Shown here piece by piece: positions 39,901 to 46,011 of a stretch of 64,000 nt of DNA (position 1 is the first letter of the stretch; every line of letters starts with the position of its first letter). This stretch comes from a virus. The DNA lies in IMG/VR virus record IMGVR_UViG_3300034095_001343, positions 32,001 through 96,000 of that record. The stretch is one strand, 5' to 3'. The position numbers and the translations under genes are program-made. The notes beneath the pieces are model-generated. The model made no database searches, was not told where the DNA came from, and saw only the letters and a program-made list of their open reading frames with translations.

Positions 39901-40362
39901 AGCATAAGGATGCCATCCTAATTTAGAAAACTCAGGATGCTTATAATATCTATCAAAGTTGTGTGATCTAATACCGGCATAAATCGGATTAGCAATCTTA
40001 ACTTCTCCAGTGGGTTTTGTAAACTTACCTGTATTAGAAAGTAATTGAAGTTTACCTTCGGGTGTAGATAAATCTAAACCAACGCTTTGTCTATAAGGAT
40101 TATAGGTACTAGTTGATAGGGTTGGATTAGGATCATTCATGTTACCAATAGGTGTTGGTATTGCACTATTGATCTTTTTAGCATGAATATCCAACATAGC
40201 CTTGTACTCAGGACTCATCAACTCACTATATTCAGGTAAGTCTGGAGATACTGTAAAATCACTAATAGGTTGAAATTCAAACTTACCACTTGAAGGAACC
40301 ATTGGATTCAATGTTGGTAATGCACCTTCCTGTTGAAGCTGTTGATTAATATTATCTGCCAT
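24943..40362 (-). CDS. Giant crAss-like virion RNA polymerase protein (with zincin and other domains)
   Basis: 5139 aa. RIPSQ (28816-28830) and GADFDIDK (DFDID 28699-28713) are the catalytic-region motifs of crAss-like two-barrel virion RNAPs. Also ADAQ.W, zincin HEAFH...EEYMA (33892-33906) and a Gly/Ala-rich hydrophobic N-terminal region. Confidence 0.9.
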   Translation of the reverse strand: MADNINQQLQQEGALPTLNPMVPSSGKFEFQPISDFTVSPDLPEYSELMSPEYKAMLDIHAKKINSAIPTPIGNMNDPNPTLSTSTYNPYRQSVGLDLSTPEGKLQLLSNTGKFTKPTGEVKIANPIYAGIRSHNFDRYYKHPEFSKLGWHPYADNEEYYNANSTWWDDASRMRVQFANLAGTGFLSAYRSIGDLFDSDDYFTGKDLESASEFADAMRIGNSTRGGVSGFTNNLALQFGYTAGVIGSIAAEELALWGAAAAQGFLNPVSDVVAAERTAFNIAKLGKTILNTFDLSRLANATRNMYRGLRSVDGAKDLYNTVKAGGNFLGNIIAPETVQAIKTLNSTANGAQNLSNMAKVSKTFGGFYRDVRSLNLALAESKMEGGTVYSQQLANGYALQSQLNNGSPITTDQMQNIEEKASRAAYYTTLLNAPTIYLSNQLVLGNAFGAYNRTLSRMLGDNIQGIGGRILKTKGLRDAAGKVVTRPFEYVGDGVKGYLKTLKAAGIKGSAKLAGQASLRYFAANLSEGLQEITQEAIAEGTKHYHQTLIEHPTAGGHDLMSASIASAVGSQFSAQGFETFMSGFLMGGIAQGPQKLFFQGVPSIYNYGALGFGTEKQKANLVEYKENKEKLIKGLVDSLNDVYEVTANNPMESIFDTNKVNHITQSQASIDMLQAAFDQSNFDFVDAKDFSKFQAIYTVLNNNKSGEFRQQFEDYLKLTDVELIEAFPSFKADIKSGKIRTRLQDMITKVDQLEESYYTNKSKFNNPFDPNIYKYGSREWNEEKIKQMSFEHARYLYMFTEDGFKRALERSQSIYDELAADPIVGKMAASDITVLLDENSLQKEIATLVSEIATLDPKEAKDIIEAKTAKLEGLSGILSVLYAEENLTKDGGFDRRKVDKLTSAFEKYVQKLAKSNDTFADSDKVGEALKKIVDYRELKGRAIAYNKSIEYMNNPERFNEITQRTYDFFKNIYKNRIEVFRNSIKKYIGKIEINQFLNELAKIEVYPDPKQVKEFMENGNIDVLQDFFTEKGAVNQISDKDIYNQIQALIGIYKAAVTPQVTEQTSEEKIDSKEKQTRKKDTAEILEEADLAEDTPDVEIFGGKETDNPMIKQVLEEKYKEYANRQVNLGKAPIAMDSWVNSAEAAKYITAYDALKKLWFKDLQKSKDKPEAILAKFNADNGFDKWLEKQQTNDLVRKVLRSTETNFSDFIDIEQDFEAGDVEDADIGDVKAVGKVVDNTFNSVQIVETKTSTVDPDTGMPVPVTLYSVRDKKGKLLTEDMTSAAGVPVGATFDNINKARSAAKKLDDVSVDTTTFTFGGKEVSYGSTVTDAEGNRYMVIGTPAEVEKGKKLFLLPVDSIKPGQSKQDRHKLSKKVTEPEFKSEYNVEGFNFNKVPEDASRLLVDEAVAVYALENGMGTAAAEGIMMANARLQTILDNLTPEEKATLTLVITRNPAGGKTTGKKYQTKDKEGNFKEANPYINRVAEPFAVGIAFGNQQTSARINQIISEKGMPVSSHPDGIFAFVRTGSIQFLNEKDQVVNPVNLTKEIIENTFTIYPLQQANAVNTILNNFAIQQAFVDQVADKMEGKDAAVIPMSDFAEFGFNLGSSVDLKTNPKSVKELKHNTVDGVKVVMINDKLKDGTISTRILTDIEDIDDREAFIEKLKQDLAVSQPSLFETLQKAQRYVALIKTPNGIYTGAPLKSRQLEKEEIFTLSRELVEEGVRTINENLVGEGSVETKKIKDSNFNVEFNQAFNKKLYITTNIEGYTVEINVNADGTFRAELYDKKRKSVVGSSYLAEGRQGTLDYQGAEKPDIIERLLDNLQKKGIDKAAEEFKAKKKKDSSVEIPEWTELKLFSKENSAIYNVRASFAEDASIDTVLDNTVTTLNENVRTNYKLRLTADSNTIQEALLFAATTAAQQEVEVVEDPVADLETSEEAYDSVLDMSDEVFEEFAKADFKELPLEMKQQVANKIAKGEKLSPREERMVKNAVSGPVIQLLAGKIQRNNNVDSDTQSLKKELQQNLARIKEIETEIDTANPKDIVKASELMEDNPERQKLIARNREIQRKLLANKIVSDKLSEQEVADIDEFVIWANDNLPDFISIEDISNLRDNLVTNGVRVGAFVLSMNQIAGGMTVKGTLYTGVKSPYKYHEAFHGVFRSLLSNARQDKLYKIAEAEVKRKLGDKFEEELGKFRNSADLYKAMSRKALEKEFYEEYMADEFEKFKKDPRSTKANPAIKNYFTILIEWIKSLFNRYTRNELQQLFKDIDSGKFKSASPINNRFTDSLATGITLNANKIIPVEMIESETGAFGYRTLDNDFARSVVSSISARVIMLEQENKDSNFNVKKAVNDSFNRFKALYSTKREAYRNMELTPEQKRNLRDIEKSFSEFSDFIKEAVYDQLKYYEIKSRKIEEDLEDTDDQVGDRLRTTDQYDKDVTSIGGFSSLSSFLRKYIGTTPISEKDQFGNDYLIAPERDENGEIVPGTGEKLMITVDFATAYNGFLKAVKNLNDPIQILQQLYFFGINNPQTEAVVNKLFNDLGITWEDQLENGELPQYTAEVIEKFKAGAEITVEELNQGIKRPLLLQAVLKGFENAKVDYLFIHRSSGDQVYTYTAANRDDAHTQVDRWGQAYVQKSKKLRTDEGTRKVVANTLDKLLNRLQFVAGDSITQKSLKTLTDTKLAEFAKQTAKVLEENLGISLSPKFIEFSVAKNIERPTRYQKALLNANADEKALNYQDIVEIKKIVEGNQDLFSDTDDGARNRLRRIALGNAAFDENVGASVFKNPNGDLVYAHQLPSFHLKQIAALNDVAGEGSKIEELKNSDEYLINNFLLNSEAFKQLSAEGRLRILRIAGSKTGNIDVDENGLMSETSGRTPSSGTTYGDSTPREFILNLINSYTYAVDPLTGKVNTVSWTKEDGTIEVATLAPVLLRVLEASNTGDMITLPVFKAVDKKGGKTILTEEALDAILNNVAVEFARIQRESNPETATQELHVGYNALAIPNAETGTEEIIPINVASDSVNKARAFNFHKTGVLLSPLGQKKESRQGIVTIQTSDIKLARIEKGDQTSLVYDKKAAEQFIGFTSTGVVRDAIVKTKDGDKNVPKRIIGRGLVRVTPENRERIFEDLKGSISLIQNDQFKYEVRIGTKKFYVESSNEQNFLQGKKPMYMYDLMEAGEANLMEQVAGLVGGFEVEGYVNKLTEAARSPEFAGLTFAEAIQKLGIKESELKAFLQNRMDQEFAEFNITLDELVGSKTNKKVVDSQGGLGTFLTNGIQTAGGAVTGDAQKSARLLNIIPEDTEYNLKQIFFNDYINTTAINQILLGDSAYSLKDAVDEIKRAKAQSASYYSAASTVAAPEYGIFKPLQEISLFELTEPIVNATYNVGEVKNADAQLWMTTKAFRNFQYGFGKLTPAQAELFDRIERGEDISAEDIFGTEESTGYAKRQEMLNSQKLVYADGKTFVKMSAFPLLPQFTSLKDSEGNYTIPKPNKLALHNLRVKLEAFEKENDTVSVAAPRSALKMMQKNVSNIHGVTGTTTPLGQDQSVTLDANYLGLQVINPSNKTVITDPTQVKTLVTSEQNDSTEVIINGEKLTLGEVRAAYHKATRDRGNLNYINKRNLVFSFDVDYAMDELQKSIKENAITADLYTYLRYAEASLASTGSSSHLMELFSLDESGNQKYNLNNPLTYDKFLNLFMSYFSKSVFNEKVPGATVSLVSDYGIRVYRRVLSVDENGMPDKHEIITEAQYEAMASKPDILFNIDEGSYPGNDENIAGLKDAVKKSKGAGVVIIDRLRHNMKEYDSKGKATGQKYGEMLLPPHHKEVMKELQLKGKSIPDVVGKMFAVRIPSQDNHSTYNVKWIDFMPAAYGSSGVFARELIEISGADFDIDKVYMQFKEFYEKNGEFFEYGKAKTEDNKYLDYVRYVNEKVKDSDSIYGEALYKYNGRGTGKNISITNSDLLTAQSRGLKEDSINALLVLGMPVTLAQYKTYKKKFGHEPYAAAINNDILDYKVALMGNDHVTERKPLFLDKNGKTTTVNTGKPALDKNGKQRTAVAISYEAADIEVLKDLWDELKTELPEWAALSEEEGIDVDNLYGKLRMFANNKEGSRSIGAVVLPNLYLNLLQEYDVKIASTKVGGEEVLPQIEFGGVTFSNFRNTFELNEDGSQGQRTQYILSALITAATDNAKERLLAKLGLNINALSIVANLIALGVPVKTSVLLVNHPVIRQAYFMEANASADKKVYARSIVEERIIALQTAFLEKKEEKIRTSVTQNSLMEAIDTPLIKATATKADMAELRENGEITKMQVIEEISILEQFLNAASLSNTTKYMGDIINLTNGLGQGLEAIDKRNEATEKLGLNLSDKEFLALGVNRPMIDARPIFKGETWQAGYLERFQEFTNFLLPKVVLSASPLFRRVTDEVVYQSTVNNLPYELRDKTKTKIARDFLSYLTIKAYMHNGLVNNAQSVATLTNGLIYNQDGVENITAVLDRLRATEEGANNYFLKSFIITEKANLKGNKTGLNLAGANTFLRYNDSQKLDIQNGFMTLYANPLTRSDAKTLVHYMMVKDGLQYGYKSIVESVAPIALDGYLSHIDTVQAAIERPNDTVFQSTFGMQLDDLVIDFMQGYLTSAPNAYVIKKVRAAIYAPETKGITIEPKVFTKALATSNPEAIYVFGDNVAKQGSVGNSSVRGLDNAFGLFFKKDMNRIESSYYTNAEAGDFITIFDEQVEQLTNMIAERKQVIFAKDLISAPELADFKKNSPVVFEYVKAKLLQDLQYNIDPKAKKSAEEKKAAKVADPAILRAPVHVNASGLVRRLVVDLYAGISRLDKTNNVSSVRNTPPVSKLTKQLADTFDKNKEELIKAGFKNINLKKGSDYHTEVEFPMVVRQNVGSEYKAEYRYYVLAKTQSLFPAENLINFNNKAVGSYAEYVEVDIKGSTAQNPIGFMFGERPTTKKLRSFVNSVNSSDPLDAAFDSIDIDSVLDNIDLEKGVKISAGSSVVATEKGIQVNGENISKVSESAESIENQDLVEPEVDETGGEDLIDLSGAIDISANSFFNNLLADNDAGENKYPELSTWWDSNIDDPFSQAALDNRNKLKAHRDNPDMKFKVQDLEDFIELFENSEFTNEQEFLDHFNNCYL

Positions 40363-40371
40363 TATACAATA

Positions 40372-43300
40372 TTACTTTTTTAATTTAGTTTTTTTATTAT
40401 TGTTCTGATCAAAGTTATTTTGCTGTGCAATACTATACATCTTACTCAATTCTTCTTGATATATTTTATCATAAAATCCAATTGTTTCACCTCTTTCATT
40501 TTGCATTTGAGTAATGTTCATTCTTATAGGAGACATTGGATCAAAACCAGCTGTTTGTTTATTAAACTGCAAAGGTGTAGTTTCCATAATAATGTTACTA
40601 TTAGCATCTTGATAAAATCTAATTTTACCACCTGCATCAATAGATTGAACATATTGTTTTTGAGGACTACTAACCATATTACTATAAACAGCAGAAAAAT
40701 TATATTGACCTACTCTTCTAGGATTGATGTCTTTAGTTTGAGGAAAAGAAATTGTAATAGTTGTATAATCATTGAATTCATTTGCATCAATAATACCAGG
40801 TTTATTAGTAGTACTTTGAAGAGTCCTTAACCACTCTGGTGAAAATGAAATAACATAAGCCGCTTTATCTTTACCAAGTGTTTTTTTTCCTGTTGGCCCA
40901 TAAACTGGAGCATATCCAATTGTTGCATTTGGTAGATTTTGTGTACTAGCTTTTGGATCCTGAAATTTAGATACATCTTGAATCCATAAATTATAAATCT
41001 GTCTAGCTTTTGGATCTGAATCAGCAGTCTCATCTGTACCTATATCACGTTTATAAAATATAAGTTCCGAACTAGGTGTTCCTCTTACTTGATTCATAAC
41101 TTCCGCCAATGCTGTAATCTGTCCTGGATTTTTTCTCATCATAGTAGGATTAAATTCAATACTATAATATGGAGATTTTAATGCATCTCCTACCTCCATT
41201 TGTTCCATACTTATTCCTCTCATATATGCGTTTGGATCCCAAGGTTGAAACATTCGCACTTGAGCATCTGTCTTTTTATCCTCTTGTTCAGCAATAGTTT
41301 CAAGTGAACCATTAAGTGTACTATTAACTATTTTCTTTTGATTTGCATATGATTCTTTAGCTAATTTAATAGCTTTATCCTTTGCAAATTCTGTAACTGT
41401 TCTTTGAGTATAACGTACAGCAGGATCATCATAAACAGGAATACGCTTAGTACGGGTTACGATAAACTCTTGACCTGCAATCTGACCTTGTTTCGCCTTT
41501 GCTACATACGCATTTATAAACTCATCTTCTGTCATAAAATCAACAGAACCTGTTGTTTTATCTTCGGTAAAAATATTTGGTCCTGAGCGTAATTCTTCCT
41601 TAACCTTATTAATTTCTTTTGATAAGTCTGTTTGAAGGGCCTTTGTAAAGTTTTGAAGCATGACGGCATTACCAGTTGTAATCATATTATCAAACTGAAG
41701 TCTTTTTGCAGTTACGTCATTAAAATTTTCAACCATTTCGTGATACTTAACACCTCCATCTCTTTTTACAAATGATGGATATTTTGCGAAAAGCTGGGCA
41801 GAATCTCTAAACCGATTAGCCATCTCTTTATACTTAGTATCTACTATATCTTCATTCTCCGGTTTTAATAATTTTGTTTTAATAGTAGTAAGGTCACCTT
41901 TAATATTTTCATTTACCTTATAAGAGTTATTAGAATTATTCTCAAGCATTTCCAACGCTTTAAGATATAAATCAACCTGTTCACTTGTAACATTTTCTCT
42001 AAGTTGTTCAATCTTTGTATTATTAATTCCAACATAATCGGCTGTTGTAGGATCAACTGCTTGACCTGTTGCAGGATCAATTAAAACAGCCTCAGTTCCT
42101 TGTTTGGTATAATCACCTTCAAGATTGCTAAAAAGTCCACTTATAGCTGAAGCATAAGGATTTTCAAGTTCATATTTATATTTCTCAAGATCTTTTCTAT
42201 TATCTTGTTTAATACCTTCTAATTCTTTTTGATTTTTAGATTGCTGTGCTATTTCAGCCATGTCATACTTAAAGTCTAATTTCTGCTTTTGATATTCATT
42301 AACTTTAAGTTCTCTACTTCTATTAATGTTTGAATATGAAATAGCAGCAGCAGATAAATCACTTTGTAAGTTATAACCCATTAATAGATTATATGCTCTA
42401 TTTAAAAGACCTTGTGTACTTTGATCAGGACTACCTTGTGAACTTTTTAATACTTGCTCTGTTGCATTTAACCCTTGCAGTGCCGCATCCAATGAACCTT
42501 TTTGAGCAATAAATATTTTTTCTTCATCTGACCCAGGAATGATACCTTGTTCTTTTGAATACTGTTCCCAATTAATATTAACATTTTTAAGTTCATTTAC
42601 CTTTTCCTGTTGTTGAATAGATCTAGCAGCTAATTGTGATTCAAAAGCACTAATAGTTTCCTTAGCCCAAATAGCTTGACCTTCATCAACAGAAGAAAAT
42701 TGACCAACTTTAATACCTTCTTCGGCAAAATCTCTTGATCTTACATAGGCATCTGCATAATAAGCCTGTTGAACTATAGGATCATCCGACAAAGCTCTTT
42801 GAGCCATTTGAAATGCTTGCTCTGTAATAAGATTTCCATTTCTATCTTTTACTATCCAAAATCCTGTTTCATCTACATATTCCTGTGTAACATCTAATCC
42901 TGAAGTTTTTAAAAAGTCAATAGATTTCTGATATAAATCAGCATCACCAATATATCTTGGTGTACCCATGCTCAAGGCTTTATCTTGAGATGCGTTTTTA
43001 AAATCTTGCATCTGATACTCTAATGCTTTAACACCAGTTTGCCAATACATTTCTCTCTGATCTTTGTTAGGAGAGTTCATTAACATATTAGCATATTGCA
43101 TTTCATTTTGATACTGCTTCGTAAATACAAGATCTTTTACAACAAGATCCTCCTCATAAAAAGGTTTAAATAGTTGTTGAGCGGAATCAATATTTTGTGC
43201 TACCGATAAATCCATACCAGAAATAAGCTGTAGTTGCTTACCCAAATTTTCAGCATATTGATTTCTAATATCCTGAGTATCTGCTCTAGAAAGATCTGAA

Positions 43301-43455
43301 TATACAACCTTGCTATAAAGATCATTAAGAGCTTTATAGTTTGTATTATACCTATTAGTCTTTACATCTAATACATCAGACAAAAATTTATAATCTGGAG
43401 TAAAAGGTTGCCAATTCGGCATATATGGTTGTGATCCTTGTGTGTATGTTGCCAT
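40372..43455 (-). CDS. Virion ejection protein upstream of RNAP
   Basis: 1027 aa, helical, MATY...FTPDY N-terminus. Occupies the position of the first of three large ejected proteins in crAss-like phages. Confidence 0.65.
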   Translation of the reverse strand: MATYTQGSQPYMPNWQPFTPDYKFLSDVLDVKTNRYNTNYKALNDLYSKVVYSDLSRADTQDIRNQYAENLGKQLQLISGMDLSVAQNIDSAQQLFKPFYEEDLVVKDLVFTKQYQNEMQYANMLMNSPNKDQREMYWQTGVKALEYQMQDFKNASQDKALSMGTPRYIGDADLYQKSIDFLKTSGLDVTQEYVDETGFWIVKDRNGNLITEQAFQMAQRALSDDPIVQQAYYADAYVRSRDFAEEGIKVGQFSSVDEGQAIWAKETISAFESQLAARSIQQQEKVNELKNVNINWEQYSKEQGIIPGSDEEKIFIAQKGSLDAALQGLNATEQVLKSSQGSPDQSTQGLLNRAYNLLMGYNLQSDLSAAAISYSNINRSRELKVNEYQKQKLDFKYDMAEIAQQSKNQKELEGIKQDNRKDLEKYKYELENPYASAISGLFSNLEGDYTKQGTEAVLIDPATGQAVDPTTADYVGINNTKIEQLRENVTSEQVDLYLKALEMLENNSNNSYKVNENIKGDLTTIKTKLLKPENEDIVDTKYKEMANRFRDSAQLFAKYPSFVKRDGGVKYHEMVENFNDVTAKRLQFDNMITTGNAVMLQNFTKALQTDLSKEINKVKEELRSGPNIFTEDKTTGSVDFMTEDEFINAYVAKAKQGQIAGQEFIVTRTKRIPVYDDPAVRYTQRTVTEFAKDKAIKLAKESYANQKKIVNSTLNGSLETIAEQEDKKTDAQVRMFQPWDPNAYMRGISMEQMEVGDALKSPYYSIEFNPTMMRKNPGQITALAEVMNQVRGTPSSELIFYKRDIGTDETADSDPKARQIYNLWIQDVSKFQDPKASTQNLPNATIGYAPVYGPTGKKTLGKDKAAYVISFSPEWLRTLQSTTNKPGIIDANEFNDYTTITISFPQTKDINPRRVGQYNFSAVYSNMVSSPQKQYVQSIDAGGKIRFYQDANSNIIMETTPLQFNKQTAGFDPMSPIRMNITQMQNERGETIGFYDKIYQEELSKMYSIAQQNNFDQNNNKKTKLKK

Positions 43456-43513
43456 ATTTTTAAGTTAATAAAATTTTTTAGGTTTTAAAGATTTATTAAT
43501 AAACTTTTATAGT

Positions 43514-46009
43514 TTATTTGCCAATTTGTCCAATATAAAAAGGAAAAATTGTTTCTTTTATTTCTGTACCTTTTCTTGATTTAGATTGTTGAGCTTTTCC
43601 TGGATTATAAGAATAACCATATCCTTGCGGCATATTAGTATACTCTTTTTGTATATTAGTCTCTTGAGGTACAGCAACAGATTGAGTGATTATACCTTGA
43701 ATCAATTCTGCTGTTGGTTCAATACCAGCTGCTTTTAACATTCTTGCAGTTTCTGCATACTGCTTAATTTTTGACATTGGATCTGGTAAAGGTGCAGGTT
43801 CAAATGCTTTACCGCTAAACTGACCAATCATACCGCCAGTAGTGGGATCAATTTGATAATAATCTTGAATAGAATTTAAGTTGTAAGTATTAGCCCTATT
43901 AGTAATAGCATTAGACATTAACTGAGCATACTGTTCTCTATCAAAGTTCTTTTCGTCCATATAGTTTTGTAAAACAGCTTGTGTATCATCATACTCTCTT
44001 ACAACTCTATCTCGTCTTTCTCTTTGAGTTGCTGCATCCATTTGAGCTTGCATAGCCAAACCTTGATTTATGGTACTTACATTCCTTTGATTTACTCTAC
44101 CCACTTCATTAGCAATTGCTTGAGCGGCTTGACCTTGAGCTTGCGCAGTTCTAGCAGCTAAAGCTTGAGGACCACCAAAAGCCCCAGCACCCATAGTCTG
44201 AATACCTAATTGTTCATTAATAGCAGCAATACCTCTAGTGGGTTCTTCCAATACATATCCTAAATCAATATTATTTACTGCAGGTTGAAAAGGAAAAAAC
44301 ATATCTCGTTCCCTAGCGGCAACAGCATTTAACTGAAGCAAGTCTTGTAACCACCATTCTGCATTTGGTCTTCTTGCCGACTTTGGTGTTTCAAATTGTT
44401 TTATACTTTTTTTAGGGCAGCAATTTTGTGAATATGTACCATCTTCACATGGACAACCTTCTGCTGGTGGTAAGAATGATTTTTTAACATCATATTTTAA
44501 TGGTCTTCTAGATGAAGTAAATGTACCATACTTACCATCAAAGTCTTTACCAGTTCCTGCACCAAAACCAAAGTCATTTCTTAAATCTGTTGTAAGATCA
44601 AGTTTTTGTTGTTCAGTAAGTTCATTATAACCAGCTGCTTTTAACTTAGCATTAATATCATTTACTGACTGAGGAATATATTCATTGTTAACCCAAGCTT
44701 GAAATTTTAAAACTTCAGGATTTTTATATTTTTCATCTGCTGCAGGTTGATATGTTTCTAATGATGCAATTAGATCAGATGCATTTGGATATATTTGTCC
44801 CCAATCTTTTAACCAGCCTTGTTCATTTAAAGAAGCATCACCATATCTACCAGGTAATTGCTTTTGATTTTTTACTTCAGAACGTTGAACATCAGAATAA
44901 GTTCTTTCACCCACATTTTTAAAATCAATTGCAATATTACGATCCTCATATTTCTTTATGATATTAGGATCTACAGCAATATTTCCTTTTGACTGTGTTT
45001 TTTTAGCAGGTGTATTATCAGGTTGCTTTGTTCTAGTTTCTACTGGAGGTTGTTCAAATGTCGTTGGAACATTAGTTGTTTCAACTGGTTTACCTATAAG
45101 TCTTCCTGGTAAATAATAGTTATTAGGTTCTTCTTCCTCATATGTTGATTCATCTGCATCTTGTGCTTTTCTTAATTCTTTACCATACCTACCCATTTCC
45201 ATTTCTTCAGGAGATGGTTGTTGAGCCATCTGTTGTTCAGAAGCTTGTGCTTGTTGCATCATTTGCTGAAGCATCATTAATTTTTGTTGTTGTTCTGGAG
45301 GAAGAGATGCAATGGCTTTTTGTTGAGCTTTTTCTTGAGAAATTCTCTCAACCTTTGCTGTAAAATCAATTGGATCAATTCCTTGTGAAGCTAAATAAGG
45401 ATATGCCGTAACTGGTACACCCTCTTCAAAATCTTTCTTTGATTCTTGAACAAATGCAAGTTTAGATAAAGCTTTCTTATTCTTATCCATCATTAACTCT
45501 GCACTCTTTACTTGAATATCATCAGCATACTCATCTTTAATAGAACCATAGTAAGTATTAAGGTCATACTTTTTAGATATGGTAGCCGGTGTCATTTTTT
45601 TTCTAGAATTAATACCAAAAGCTTTTAAATCTGAACCACCTAACTTCATATCTTTAGTATCAGAAAATACAAAAGATTGTTCAGGAAGATTTAAAGGTAC
45701 ACCACCACTAGAATGTCTAGGTCCTTTAATATCATAAAGACCAAACAAACCATCATTATCTAAATCTGTAAGTACAGTTTCTCCACCTTCAGCTTCAATA
45801 TTAGCTTGTGTTCTTGGTACAGCATTTAACGTATGTCTTACATTTATATCTCTAGTTTGATTTTTTTTATTGGGATCTTTAACATTTGTAACTAATCCAA
45901 AATCAAACTGGTCTCCTGTAGTCATTCCACCTTGCTGCATCATACTGACAATCTTACCATTCTTTATAGTAAGACCAGGAGGTAAGCTATTAATTTTTAC
46001 TTTTGCCAT
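43514..46009 (-). CDS. Virion cargo protein (crAss-like EAEGGE...GPRHSSGG family)
   Basis: NIEAEGGET...GPRHSSGGVPL...VFSD...TPA conserved N-domain, Q/M-rich linker and Ala/Gln-rich helical C-terminus. Confidence 0.65.
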   Translation of the reverse strand: MAKVKINSLPPGLTIKNGKIVSMMQQGGMTTGDQFDFGLVTNVKDPNKKNQTRDINVRHTLNAVPRTQANIEAEGGETVLTDLDNDGLFGLYDIKGPRHSSGGVPLNLPEQSFVFSDTKDMKLGGSDLKAFGINSRKKMTPATISKKYDLNTYYGSIKDEYADDIQVKSAELMMDKNKKALSKLAFVQESKKDFEEGVPVTAYPYLASQGIDPIDFTAKVERISQEKAQQKAIASLPPEQQQKLMMLQQMMQQAQASEQQMAQQPSPEEMEMGRYGKELRKAQDADESTYEEEEPNNYYLPGRLIGKPVETTNVPTTFEQPPVETRTKQPDNTPAKKTQSKGNIAVDPNIIKKYEDRNIAIDFKNVGERTYSDVQRSEVKNQKQLPGRYGDASLNEQGWLKDWGQIYPNASDLIASLETYQPAADEKYKNPEVLKFQAWVNNEYIPQSVNDINAKLKAAGYNELTEQQKLDLTTDLRNDFGFGAGTGKDFDGKYGTFTSSRRPLKYDVKKSFLPPAEGCPCEDGTYSQNCCPKKSIKQFETPKSARRPNAEWWLQDLLQLNAVAARERDMFFPFQPAVNNIDLGYVLEEPTRGIAAINEQLGIQTMGAGAFGGPQALAARTAQAQGQAAQAIANEVGRVNQRNVSTINQGLAMQAQMDAATQRERRDRVVREYDDTQAVLQNYMDEKNFDREQYAQLMSNAITNRANTYNLNSIQDYYQIDPTTGGMIGQFSGKAFEPAPLPDPMSKIKQYAETARMLKAAGIEPTAELIQGIITQSVAVPQETNIQKEYTNMPQGYGYSYNPGKAQQSKSRKGTEIKETIFPFYIGQIGK

Positions 46010-46011
46010 TA

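Noticed and set aside
43486-43502. AT-only palindrome TTTATTAATAAA in the intergenic gap
   Set aside because: Expected by chance in very AT-rich DNA, with no second copy noticed.
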